NCBI GenBank assembly: GCA_038204345.1
Contig: JBBRDB010000006.1
Coordinates: 13,191 to 37,190, forward strand
Length of the DNA: 24,000 bases
Reading direction: 5' to 3'
Origin: Thermoleophilia bacterium
GTDB taxonomy: Bacteria > Actinomycetota > Thermoleophilia > RBG-16-64-13
Part shown: piece by piece, positions 1 through 8,288 of the stretch
Layout: each line of letters opens with the position of its first letter
Numbering within the stretch: the first letter of the stretch is position 1
Made by a program: the position numbers and the translations under genes
Notes under the pieces: generated by a model
Told to the model about the DNA's origin: nothing
Database searches by the model: none
The model's input: the letters and a program-made list of their open reading frames with translations, nothing else

Positions 1-220
1 TCTGGATGAGGTGCTCCTCAAGGGCACTGAGCGCCCCGACGTTCTGCAGGGCGGTGTTGGTCAGCAGCGCCCTCGCCTGCTCGCGGGCGTTAGTGACGAG
101 GGCGTCAGTGACGACCCGTTCGACCGCACGTGTTGCCTGGCGCTGCATCGGCCTGCTCAGGCGATCCAGCGACTGCGGTGTGACCCCGTTTCCTGATAGT
201 GTCAACCCGTTGTTGCTCAT
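1..220 (-). CDS. Hypothetical protein, 5' part only (ORF runs off the window start)
   Basis: ATG at complement 220-218 is preceded by an AAAGGA Shine-Dalgarno sequence about 7 nt upstream. The frame stays open to position 1 (MSNNGLTLSGNGVTPQSLDRLSRPMQRQATRAVERVVTDALVTNAREQARALLTNTALQNVGALSALEEHLIQ...). It is absent from the ORF track because it has no stop in the window. I did not recognise a family. Confidence 0.5.
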   Translation of the reverse strand, partial: MSNNGLTLSGNGVTPQSLDRLSRPMQRQATRAVERVVTDALVTNAREQARALLTNTALQNVGALSALEEHLIQ

Positions 221-315
221 TCTGTATCCTTTCTTCTAGCGACAATGTCCGGCGGGCTACCCGCTTGATCAGAGTCTCTGCCTCCGGGGTGGGTCTCTGA
301 ACGGTCAATCCTTGG

Positions 316-1137
316 GTGTTTTTGTGGGTACGTTTCCGGGAGGATGAAGAGCGCTTGGAAACTCAGATCACGCCACCATCAGTCGAGGCAATTGCCAAGT
401 CGGTTCGACCGATTCTGACTTCTGGGCTTCCGATAAGCCCGGACTTTGTCGATGAGACACTGCTTGGCCTTCGGGGGGTCGTCGCCCGCAGCATCGATCC
501 CGATGATCGCCTCAATCGAGTGAAGGCCCTCGATCAGCTCATGAGGAGCCTGCTCGTCCACTATCCCGATGACGAACTCAGTGAGGCGGCCAGAGTTCTC
601 TTCGGTCTGGCGCGTGGCAGTCGGGGAAAGAACCTGACGGCGCGACGCACGCAGGCGGCTAGCGAAACCGGCTATGAGTCGGATCACTTCCGCAAGCACA
701 TCGAGAAGAAGATCCTCAAGATGCTGGCCTGGCAGCTGCACCAAGATTCCCAGAACTACATCCCGAGGTCGCGGGCCGTTCCGCCGCCGCTGGACTCCTC
801 CGGCGATACCCCTGTCATATCTAAAGGAGACATCTCTTCAAGGGAGCACGCCGAGCACGAGGAGCTCCTCTCCCGCCTCTGGGCGCACGTTTATGCGCTA
901 CGGGCGGAGATACTGCGGACCGAGCGACTGAAGAACTGGCCATACGACCCCACGGAACCGTCCCTTAATGAAAAGAAGCTGGGGGATGCCATGGCCGCGC
1001 GCGACTCTGAGGTCGAAGCGGTCAAGGTTCTTGTCCAGAGATACATCGACACCTACGGTCAGCGCATCACCCACGGCGAGGCGGAGTTCAATGCCGAAGG
1101 GCTTCTCCGCCTTGCGGGATGGAGGAGCGACGTATGA
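316..1137 (+). CDS. Hypothetical protein (273-aa ORF, GTG start as drawn, start uncertain)
   Basis: This is the longest ORF in the interval, with normal-looking amino-acid composition. It is divergent from the partial gene at 1-220. I saw no clear SD and recognised no domain. Confidence 0.5.
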   Translation: MFLWVRFREDEERLETQITPPSVEAIAKSVRPILTSGLPISPDFVDETLLGLRGVVARSIDPDDRLNRVKALDQLMRSLLVHYPDDELSEAARVLFGLARGSRGKNLTARRTQAASETGYESDHFRKHIEKKILKMLAWQLHQDSQNYIPRSRAVPPPLDSSGDTPVISKGDISSREHAEHEELLSRLWAHVYALRAEILRTERLKNWPYDPTEPSLNEKKLGDAMAARDSEVEAVKVLVQRYIDTYGQRITHGEAEFNAEGLLRLAGWRSDV

Positions 1138-1246
1138 TTCGGGGGCGAAGTGATTTTGGAAATAGGAGTTGGCTGGCTGCCTGTCGAGTGGCTTCTTGGA
1201 GTCGCATAAGGCGATCCGGGAGGGGAATGGACCGCACCGGTCTGGA

Positions 1247-1298
1247 TGGTTATGCAGTTGTCTAGATAGTTATGCACATGATATAACTATGGATAGTT
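1247..1298. promoter_or_regulatory. AT-rich island with an inverted repeat and direct repeats (possible operator/promoter upstream of the hsdM fragment)
   Basis: Inverted repeat ATAGTTAT (1266-1273) / ATAACTAT (1283-1290). Direct repeat GTTATGCA at 1249-1256 and 1269-1276, 20 nt apart. GATAGTT occurs at 1265-1271 and 1292-1298. TTGTCT (1258-1263) lies 18 nt before TATAAC (1282-1287). This is the only strongly AT-rich patch in a GC-rich spacer. Confidence 0.3.
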
Positions 1299-1508
1299 TT
1301 AGCGCCAATCCGCCACGAATACTGATTGCAACTTCTGGAGTGCGCATCGCCATGAGCGTACTTTCTGTCCGCAGCCGGTAGTAGAGTAGGAGAGCGCTGA
1401 GGGTAGTCGAGACCGTTTTCTCGAGCTGGATGAGGATGGGACACAATATATGACCAGAATGAGCACACCAACAGAACCAACGCGGCAGCCATTGCGTAAC
1501 TTGGTGGT

Positions 1509-1982
1509 GTGGTAGTGGCTCTCAAGAAGTCCGACTTGTACGGCTCGCTCTGGAAGAGCTGCGACGAGCTACGGGGAGGCATGGATGCCTCGCAGTACAA
1601 GGATTACATCCTCACGCTGCTGTTTGTGAAGTACGTCTCCGATAAGGCCAAGACCGACCGAGACAGCCTTGTTGATGTCCCCACGGGAGGCTCCTTCGAT
1701 GACCTGATCTCCTTCAAAGGAGACAAGGAAATCGGAGACAAGATCAACAAGACCATAGGTAAACTGGCCGAAGCCAACGACTTGCAGAAGGTCATCGACC
1801 TTGCCGACTTCGACGACGAAGAGAAGCTTGGCAAGAGCAAGGAGATGCAGGATCGGCTGACCAAGCTCGTCTCGATCTTCCAGGACCTCGATTTTCGCGG
1901 CTCCCGGCCCGAAGGCGATGATCTCCTTGGCGACGCCTACGAATATCTCATGCGCCACTTTGCTACCGAGTCGGGGAGGTGA
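1509..1982 (+). pseudogene. hsdM: Type I restriction-modification methyltransferase subunit HsdM, N-terminal fragment only (about 155 aa)
   Basis: The translation LKKSDLYGSLWKSCDELRGGMDASQYKDYILTLLFVKYVSDK ... GDDLLGDAYEYLMRHFATESG matches the conserved HsdM N-terminal domain. Homology stops right after ATESG, where full-length HsdM continues KSKGQFYTP into the SAM-binding core. A stop codon follows, and I saw no hsdS or hsdR nearby. Confidence 0.85.
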
Positions 1983-2354
1983 CGTCCCTTGCTCATGGCG
2001 AGCTGAGGTTCGGAGCTTGCGATGGAGCATTCGATTCGTACAACCTTGACAGGAATTGGCCGGAAGAATACATTGATAAAGAGTGCGCAAGGTTGGAATG
2101 CAGCCGATTTCGATGACCTAATCGAGGGCGTCGTCGGAGGGCTACGAGATGGAGCTGGCGACCGTCCAAACGGCATAGTGAAGGAACATGGCTGCAAGTA
2201 GGACACCGTCTCACAGAGCCAGGAAGTACATCTGGAAGAAGACGCGGAGAAGAGTGGTGGAATAATCGGAATGAACGGGCCGAGACGGAACAGAGCTACC
2301 CAAGGCGAGACCGATGGGCAGCTTGAACAAAAAAGCGACATGGAGGAGAGAGTG

Positions 2355-3473
2355 ATGACAACAAAGAGGCACTATGCTCACAGGCGGTGGGCTCTTCTTT
2401 CCCTCTGCGGCGCTGCTGTTCTTGTGGTGGGCCTAGTTGTGCTCGGCATACCGTCAGGGGAAAGCCCCGCCCGGAGCGAGACGACGACTAGCACCGGTGG
2501 CCAAGAAACTATCCCCGGCTCGAGTGAACCGACTCCGGATGTGGAGGCAGGTGTGACCACCAGTTCGTCGGTGGGGACATCGCCCGACACTATGCCGTCT
2601 TCGGGGTCGGCCGTCGCAATACTCGTGTTCTCGGCCCCGTGGGGTGGAGATCTGGGCGAGGTTGGAATGTTCGGCGGTGACGAATCCCGAAAGGATGGTC
2701 CCCGGTCGTTCTGGGCGCGGTCGGACGGTCAGCTCTATGTACTAGATAATGTTAATTCGCGGGTACAAGTGGTTTCTTCCACTGGCTCCGTCGTCTCATC
2801 GTTTCCTATCGAGGCCACTGAGCCCATCGATATCGCGGTCGCATCCGACGGCACTGTAGTCATCGACGACGCCTGGGGTACTTCCATGTTCTACTCCTAC
2901 TCCGAGGGCGGGAGCCTGCTCGGGAGACTTCCGACTCCCGCGGGCATCATGTCTGCGGCCCTGTCCGCGAACGAAGATGCCGTCTTTTCCCTGATGGGAA
3001 TCGACGAAGAGAACGGCGTGGCTGCCTGGGTGCCAATCTACTCGGGGGAGGCCCTGCAGCCCGTTTTGTTGACCGCCGCGACAGCGGCGGGTCGTGCTCG
3101 CCCCCTCTCTCGTGGTGCGGAGCTGGACATCCACATGGCTGGCGGCCAAGTTGTTGTTGGGCTTTCCGTCGATCAGGCTGCGAAGTTCGAACGAGTGTTG
3201 AGTCCTCAATTGGCGTCTCCCGTAACGGCAGAGAGGATGGCAAACGGAGCGACTGTGCTCTCCGCGCTTGTCAACGACACCGGAGTCGCGGGCGATCTCA
3301 CAAGATCCGTTTGGACATATAGAGATGACGGCTCAGTAATGCAGTTTGACATCCCGATTCCCGAGCCTTGGATCAACATGCAATCAGACGCTAGAATTTC
3401 GGCACAAGGCGACCTCTACTTCGCCACCTCAACTCCCGAGCGATTCTCGATCTATCGTGTTCCGCTGCAATGA
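2355..3473 (+). CDS. N-terminally membrane-anchored or secreted beta-propeller-like protein (NHL-repeat-like)
   Basis: ATG 2355 lies 6 nt after GGAGGAG and is in frame with track ORF 2271-3473. The N-terminus has a hydrophobic helix (RRWALLSLCGAAVLVVGLVVLGI) followed by an S/T/P-rich linker. NHL-like strands are present (LYVLDNVNSRVQVVSSTGSVV ... PIDIAVASDGTVVIDD). Confidence 0.65.
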   Translation: MTTKRHYAHRRWALLSLCGAAVLVVGLVVLGIPSGESPARSETTTSTGGQETIPGSSEPTPDVEAGVTTSSSVGTSPDTMPSSGSAVAILVFSAPWGGDLGEVGMFGGDESRKDGPRSFWARSDGQLYVLDNVNSRVQVVSSTGSVVSSFPIEATEPIDIAVASDGTVVIDDAWGTSMFYSYSEGGSLLGRLPTPAGIMSAALSANEDAVFSLMGIDEENGVAAWVPIYSGEALQPVLLTAATAAGRARPLSRGAELDIHMAGGQVVVGLSVDQAAKFERVLSPQLASPVTAERMANGATVLSALVNDTGVAGDLTRSVWTYRDDGSVMQFDIPIPEPWINMQSDARISAQGDLYFATSTPERFSIYRVPLQ

Positions 3474-3488
3474 TCGGAGGAGTAGCTC

Positions 3489-3508
3489 GGTCTTGCGTGT
3501 CCAAGACC
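3489..3508 (+). terminator. Stem-loop between the propeller and NlpC/P60 genes (7-bp stem, no U-tract)
   Basis: GGTCTTG (3489-3495), loop CGTGTC, CAAGACC (3502-3508), 16 nt after the stop at 3473. A 7-bp stem is near chance expectation, so its function is uncertain. Confidence 0.25.
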
Positions 3509-3567
3509 CGAACTCCCGTACACTTGAAGGAGAGCAAGCGTACGTATGCGAGGAGAGGAGAGGTAGC

Positions 3568-4626
3568 ATGAGGGGTGCACATCCCAATAATGGGCTCCAT
3601 CTGCGACACGGATTGGGAGTCGTTCTTATCGCCGCCCTGGCTGGCCCCTTGGCTATGGCGAGCGCGGCCCACGCCCGTACCGTATCTCCGCCGCCCCCCC
3701 AAATGACGTCGAATGGTCACGAGATTATTGCACGGGCGGCAACGGCTGATCTCACAGACTACTGCTATGGCCGCGAGAGCTGGACTGCTGGCCAACAATC
3801 TGGGTGGGGTCCGGATTGTTCTGGGCTGATCATAAAGTCCTGGGAAGTCCCTGACACGCTTTACTGGAAGGAAGAAGACGATCGATACGGTAGTTCTTGC
3901 CCGCCGATCAACAACAACCTCATCACAAATCGTTACCAAGCAGCTGACTTTTATGCTGCAGGCGCATACTGGACTCAGCCCTCGTGGAGCACAAGGAAGA
4001 GGGGGGATGCGGCCAGCCACACCGGCAGCTTCAACCACGTTGTTTTGATACAAATTCCGAACTATCCAGAGCCGGGTCGTGACGTAGTATATGAGGCTCC
4101 CAGTACGGGCAGTAAGGTACATAGGACCTATTACACTTATATCGGCACTTGGCACGCTGCAAGACGGACCTATACCACTGCAAGCTCGGATCACACTCAC
4201 GAACTGGACAACCCTACGGCGCCTATGAGTGGGCCGGATTCCGTATTCGGTTGGAGGAAGAGTACGTCCAATACCCCATACTCCGGTGAGGACTACCAGT
4301 TCGCATACGGTAGTGACACTGCGCACGTTCGCTGGGTACCTTGGTTCGAGAGAACCGGATGGTATTCTGTGTATGCGCGCTACTCAACTGCCGGTTCTCG
4401 TACCGCGCAGGCGAAATACTATCTCCACAGTGACTACGGAGACTACACTGTGACCGTCGATCAAAGGTCGAACAACGGCCTGAGTGGATGGAAGTACCTC
4501 GGTCTGTTTCATTTCGCATACGGATACGAGAAGTTCAATGGCGCCGTGGACCTCTACGCGCCCACTCTCGATGGCGGCAACATCGTGGCTGACGCTCTCA
4601 AGTTTCAGTGGTATGGCGAATTCTAG
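3568..4626 (+). CDS. Secreted NlpC/P60-family cysteine peptidase with a C-terminal golvesin/Xly-like binding domain
   Basis: ATG 3568 follows GAGGAGAGGAGAGG and is in frame with track ORF 3346-4626. Signal peptide: LGVVLIAALAGPLAMASAAHA. NlpC/P60 catalytic Cys motif: GPDCSGLIIKSW. Downstream His context: SFNHVVLIQ. The C-terminal ~120 aa (WYSVYARYSTAGSRTAQAKYYLHSDYGDYTVTVDQRSNNGLSGWKYLGLFHF...NIVADALKF) fits the pattern I know for golvesin C-terminal-like domains. Confidence 0.8.
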   Translation: MRGAHPNNGLHLRHGLGVVLIAALAGPLAMASAAHARTVSPPPPQMTSNGHEIIARAATADLTDYCYGRESWTAGQQSGWGPDCSGLIIKSWEVPDTLYWKEEDDRYGSSCPPINNNLITNRYQAADFYAAGAYWTQPSWSTRKRGDAASHTGSFNHVVLIQIPNYPEPGRDVVYEAPSTGSKVHRTYYTYIGTWHAARRTYTTASSDHTHELDNPTAPMSGPDSVFGWRKSTSNTPYSGEDYQFAYGSDTAHVRWVPWFERTGWYSVYARYSTAGSRTAQAKYYLHSDYGDYTVTVDQRSNNGLSGWKYLGLFHFAYGYEKFNGAVDLYAPTLDGGNIVADALKFQWYGEF

Positions 4627-5225
4627 ATGATTGATTGATTCCACGCCCTCGAGCACAATGGTCGACCAAAGCCCGGCTGGGACGACCAAGCTCAACCCCA
4701 CAAGTAGCGGGAGTGCGAGGCGCAGTAGACGTGGTCGGCCGCGTCGGAAGGAGCGGAGCGCTTGACCGTCTCCCGGCTTCCCGCGCACTCCACCGAGGTT
4801 AAGTCGATGAGTAGAAGATCGACCCAAAAACCGGGGATCTTGCAGGAAAATACCTCCGTGAGCCACTCCAAGGCGCCAGACAGACGGCGTCGGCGCTTGT
4901 GGTAGCCCGCCTGGTCGGGAATCTCGGGGAAGAGGTGGCGCAGGTTTCCCCGGCGAAGGAGAGGAAGCTGCGATCCGAGGGGATATCCAACATGGCTTGG
5001 GCAACAAGGAGCGTAATTACCTCGGCGTTGGTGATCCGTCGTCTGGCACTCCGGAGTTTCTCTGGCAAGAGATCATCGGCTGTGCAATAAAAGACAGCGC
5101 AGAGAGTGTCGAGGTCGGCGTCCATCGTGGCCCCCGGGGGCGATGGTGTACCTGAGACCGTCGATTTCCGTCTCGTTGCTCTCTTTTCCTTGCGGAATGC
5201 GGGTGTCGTCGTGGAATCAATCATC
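4626..5225. mobile_element. IS982-family remnant (~600 bp) retaining both terminal inverted repeats
   Basis: The left end GATGATTGATTGATTCCACG (4626-4645) is the reverse complement of the right end CGTGGAATCAATCATC (5210-5225), apart from one extra ATCA unit. A decayed IS982-type transposase gene lies between them. Confidence 0.7.
4650..5125 (-). pseudogene. IS982-family DDE transposase, frameshifted and lacking the C-terminal third
   Basis: The N-terminus MDADLDTLCAVFYCTADDLLPEKLRSARRRITNAEVITLLVAQAMLDIPSDRSFL starts at complement 5125. After a frameshift near 4965 the reading continues RHLFPEIPDQAGYHKRRRRLSGALEWLTEVF...LIDLTSVECAGSRETVKRS...YCASHSRYLWG, then stops. These motifs (PGY-KR, SRETVKRS, YCASHSR-WG) are typical of actinobacterial IS982-family transposases. 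The remaining catalytic region is absent. Confidence 0.75.
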
Positions 5226-5257
5226 TGGGAGGGCTGCAAAATGGGTTGTGAGTCTCC

Positions 5258-5944
5258 ATGAAACGCGCGGTTCATCGGTACTCAGGACGTCGACTCGCGA
5301 GCTGTCTCTGGTTGCCGGTCTTGCTCGTAGCCCTCGCGGCCATGGGCTCTCTCCCAGGCTGCGAGAGGGATGGGGACGCTACTGAGCGCCCGTCGACCAC
5401 CATGGGGGATACGGATATCACAAAGACGTCTGTTCCTCAGCCGCCCGAAAGCACGACGATGTCGCTCGTGATGCCCACCGATCTCGGCGGTCCCCAGTTG
5501 GCCCCCGAGCTCGAGGAGGTCAAGGCCGAGCTCCTGTGCTCGCTCGGAGATCTTGATGTGCCTATCTACCTTCCGACAGAGCTGCCTACGGGGCTGGCCT
5601 TTGGTGTGCCTGACGTCTTCCCGGGAATCCCTGCCAATCCCAACTACTGGCGGTCCCTGGACAGGCATGACCCGCACGGATCCGGCTACTCCGTCTTCTT
5701 CGTAGGCAAGGGTGGCTGGATACGACTCAACGTTAATCCTCCGGGAGACCACGGCGATGTCATCTGGGTGGAGTCTTCCGTCGAGTGGGCCGGCCTGCCT
5801 CTCAAGACCACGGAAGCCGGTGAGATGGTTTGGATCAGCATCCCAGTTCCAGAAGACGCGAGAGTGGAGATCGAGACGCAACGCCCACTTTTGGAGGAGG
5901 CTCTGCTGCTTGCCAGTGGTCTGCAACTCGCGGAAGGAAACTAG
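5258..5944 (+). CDS. Putative lipoprotein
   Basis: Signal peptide with a lipobox-like LPGC (MKRAVHRYSGRRLASCLWLPVLLVALAAMGSLPGC). The mature part contains IYLPTELPTGLAF, which is reminiscent of DUF4367-type domains (weak recollection). It starts 33 nt after the IS982 remnant. Confidence 0.7.
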   Translation: MKRAVHRYSGRRLASCLWLPVLLVALAAMGSLPGCERDGDATERPSTTMGDTDITKTSVPQPPESTTMSLVMPTDLGGPQLAPELEEVKAELLCSLGDLDVPIYLPTELPTGLAFGVPDVFPGIPANPNYWRSLDRHDPHGSGYSVFFVGKGGWIRLNVNPPGDHGDVIWVESSVEWAGLPLKTTEAGEMVWISIPVPEDARVEIETQRPLLEEALLLASGLQLAEGN

Positions 5945-6320
5945 TACTGGTGCATATGAATATACATGAACGTAAGTGCGCACTCGGTCATGGTGCTCAC
6001 GACGAGCGTACGGCATCCTGGGCATGATTTACCCTGTTCGGGTGGACAAGTCAGCCAGTCGACCCGTCGTACCAGATCAACTTCGCGTATCCACGATTGC
6101 CCTGCTTGCCGCCATGCCGGAGGAGGTGCAGCGTTCGACAATCAAGCGACGATGAGCCTTGATCGTCAGCAGCATCAAGGCAGAGACCTCGGTGCAGGAA
6201 GAACAGCGCCCCCAGCGGCACGCACGTCGGCATTGGCTGTCGTGTCTCCCGGTGATCGCCTGACGCCGACAGCGGTCGCGTGGCGATATGTCATTAGCTC
6301 ACACTAATTCGAGGGCCTAA

Positions 6321-6524
6321 TTATTCCGGGTATCTCTGCCCAGACACAATGGCGACAATGTTGACGACGGCAGTCGTGGCCTCTGCGCATTGCGCCGCGT
6401 CCCTGAATCCGGCCGTTCGCTTGTGTGTAAGCGCGTTGGCGAGGCTAAGAGCGGCCTTTGCATATCTGCGGACATCTTCGTTTTCCTGACTACCTAGCTC
6501 GGCCGCGAGGAACGCGTCCAACAT
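6321..6524 (-). CDS. Small hypothetical protein (67 aa from ATG at complement 6524), possibly a fragment
   Basis: ORF MLDAFLAAELGSQENEDVRRYAKAALSLANALTHKRTAGFRDAAQCAEATTAVVNIVAIVSGQRYPE. The track ORF extends to 6584, but that part lies inside the IS3 end. It has a weak SD and I recognised no family. Confidence 0.3.
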   Translation of the reverse strand: MLDAFLAAELGSQENEDVRRYAKAALSLANALTHKRTAGFRDAAQCAEATTAVVNIVAIVSGQRYPE

Positions 6525-6538
6525 GCGCCTGGCTATCC

Positions 6539-7598
6539 TGCTCCCCTCCGATTTGAAGCCACCACTAAGCCATGATGAAATCATGGCAGGAGGTGGTGGA
6601 GATGAGCGACGAGCTACCCGAAGAAGTCCAACGATGGACAGCCAAGAGACGGACGGCCCTGATCCTCAGCATCATCAAAGGAGAGACCTCAGTGCAGGAG
6701 GCGGCCCGCAGGCACGGTCTGACCGTGGCCGAAGTCGAGGATTGGCGGGAGAAGTTCCTCCTAGCCGCCGAGAATGCGCTCCGCACCAAGCCCGCCTCCC
6801 CGACGACGAGCCCCGGCTCCTCGCCCGGATGGAAATGCTCGTCCGCAAGCATCCCCGCTACGGCTACCGGAGGATCGGGGATCTCCGGCGGCGGGAGGGG
6901 TTCCGCGCCAACCCCAAGCGCATCTACCGTCTCTGGAAGCGAGAGGGCTATCGGGTGGCGCGCCAACAACACAAGCGTCGCCGCCTGGGCACGAGCGAGA
7001 ACGCCTGCCATCGCCATCGTCCTGAGCACCGGAACCACGTCTGGGCGCTTGACTTCATCTTCGACAGGGACGAAGGCGGCCGTTCCTTGAAGTGGCTTAC
7101 CGTCGTCGACGGGTACACTCGGGAGTGCCCGAAGCTCCTCTGCGAACGCAGCATCACCGCGCAGGACGTGATCGACGAACTCATCCGCATCATGCAGGTC
7201 CGGGGCGTCCCGGGTCACATCCGCGCGGACAACGGCCCCGAATTCATCGCCAAGGCCATCCGCGCCTGGCTGAAGAGCGCCGGCGTCGGCACCCTCTACG
7301 TGGAACCGGGCGCACCGTGGGAGAGCGGGTACGCCGAGTCCTTCCACGCCCGCCTCCGGGCCGAGTTCCTGAATGCCGAAGTCTTCGCCAACCTCCGAGA
7401 AGCCAAGGCTCTGGGCGAGCAGTGGCGCCGGGAGTACAATCACGAGCGGCCGCACAGTTCTTTGGGATCTTTGACCCCGAGCGAATTCGCGGCCGGGCTG
7501 GCTGCCCTTCCGGTCGGGGCTACGCCCCTCCCTCCAGGGCATGCAACACCCTCATGACCCAAGGACTCTCACTGCGGGCGGCACGGAGAGTGGGGGCA
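6539..7598 (+). mobile_element. IS3-family element with an internal deletion (boundaries +/- 15 bp)
   Basis: It contains an OrfA HTH part and an OrfB DDE core. An imperfect terminal IR is present: TGCTCCCCTCCG at 6539 against the reverse complement of CGGAGAGTGGGGGCA ending at 7598 (TG...CA ends). An alternative pairing at 6554/7583 is about equally good. I saw no convincing target duplication. At ~1.06 kb it is short for IS3. Confidence 0.75.
6602..7557 (+). pseudogene. IS3-family transposase OrfA'-OrfB, with the leucine-zipper/frameshift segment deleted
   Basis: OrfA starts at ATG 6602 after GGAGGTGGTGGAG: MSDELPEEVQRWTAKRRTALILSIIKGETSVQEAARRHGLTVAEVEDWREKFLLAAENALRTKP. Homology ends at 6793. 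The OrfB frame resumes at about 6796: PDDEPRLLARMEMLVRKHPRYGYRRI ... NHVWALDF ... HIRADNGPEF ... EYNHERPHSSLG (DDE/rve core). The two parts are in different frames and the usual slippery and coiled-coil region is missing. Confidence 0.8.
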
Positions 7599-7752
7599 TA
7601 GACGACCGCCCGAGCAGCGGTCTTGGAGATCTTCATACTAAGACATCGGACAATAGCACAGAGACCGTGGAACGCAACTTGACGGTTTGGTGATCGCTGC
7701 ACAACGGCAAGAGTCGGGTGGATCTCAGCTACCGCGGCGGAGGCTAGGCTCA

Positions 7753-8280
7753 GTGTTCACCGGAGGGAAAAAGAAGTCGACTGCCATCGGGTTCGGGATC
7801 GCCGCGTGGCTGGCCGCTCTAATTGCCTGTCTCGTGCCAGCCTTTTTTCTTGTGGATAAGATGCCCAACTGGCTCGTCTCCACCCTACTGGTGGCGCTGC
7901 AGGTTTTCCCGGCGATCATCGGAGCTTTCGTGTTTGTTCTGACCCTGGGTGCGGACGAGAGGCGTCCCGCCAGGCAGGGAGGCACTTTTGCCGTATTCTG
8001 TGCGTTGGTCTCTACCGTGACGAGCGCTGCGGTTCTCTTTGCGGTGGACATAGACCGCCCCACCGACACGAGTGGCGTTGCCCTCTTCCTCGCGTTCGCG
8101 ATCGCATGGTCTCTCGTCGATGCCGCTCTTGCGCTGCTCGGCGGTGTTTTCGCCGGAAACCTCGTATCTCGCGTGGTCGCTCCTCGCAACAGCATTACGG
8201 CGCCGATTTCCTGCTTCCGCCACCCCCGTTGGATGAAGAACTCCCGTTCGTATCCTTCGCGACCGCCGAAGAATAGGTAG
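7753..8280 (+). CDS. Integral membrane protein (about 4 TM helices), unknown function
   Basis: GTG 7753 lies 9 nt after GGAGG (7739-7743). The track ORF allows a start as early as 7687. Hydrophobic segments: IGFGIAAWLAALIACLVPAFFLV, LVSTLLVALQVFPAIIGAFVFVLTL, FAVFCALVSTVTSAAVLFAV, VALFLAFAIAWSLVDAALALLGGVFAG. Confidence 0.6.
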   Translation: MFTGGKKKSTAIGFGIAAWLAALIACLVPAFFLVDKMPNWLVSTLLVALQVFPAIIGAFVFVLTLGADERRPARQGGTFAVFCALVSTVTSAAVLFAVDIDRPTDTSGVALFLAFAIAWSLVDAALALLGGVFAGNLVSRVVAPRNSITAPISCFRHPRWMKNSRSYPSRPPKNR

Positions 8281-8288
8281 GGGAGCCT

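Noticed and set aside
1983-2354. I asked whether the sequence after the hsdM breakpoint is a continuation of hsdM or of hsdS/hsdR in another frame.
   Set aside because: I translated all three frames and saw none of the expected HsdM core motifs (for example the KSKGQFYTP continuation or an NPPF/NPPY-type motif). There are only short ORFs (for example a Cys-rich GELRFGACDGAFDSYNLDRNWPEEYIDKECARLECSRF) of unknown origin.
6000-6250. I considered a possible IS66-family TnpB (orf2) remnant on the minus strand (…LHLLRHGGKQGNRGYAKLIWYDGSTG resembles …HLFVFRGRRGDRIKVLWWDGQG).
   Set aside because: The similarity is limited to about 25 residues and needs frame changes to extend. I cannot distinguish it from chance without a profile search. 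It is worth a BLASTX or HMM check.
6565-7542. Long ORFs lie antisense or out of frame within the GC-rich IS elements: 6565-7542 (-), 6774-7025 (+), 7092-7601 (+), 20330-20980 (+), 20428-21195 (+), 20696-21229 (-), 21735-22688 (+), the 5' 300 codons of 21205-22467 (-), 11316-11786 (-) and 14548-15060 (-).
   Set aside because: They overlap recognisable transposase frames and are Arg/Pro/Gly/Ala-rich. This is the usual stop-codon-poor shadow-ORF pattern of high-GC DNA.
6321-7702. I considered that the IS3 element at 6539-7598 splits a small minus-strand gene (MKISKTAARAVVYAPTL... to the right of the IS and ...RIARRMLDAFLAAELG... to the left).
   Set aside because: With either plausible pair of IS boundaries (6539/7598 or 6554/7583), the two halves join out of frame or onto a stop codon. 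No target duplication supports a simple insertion.
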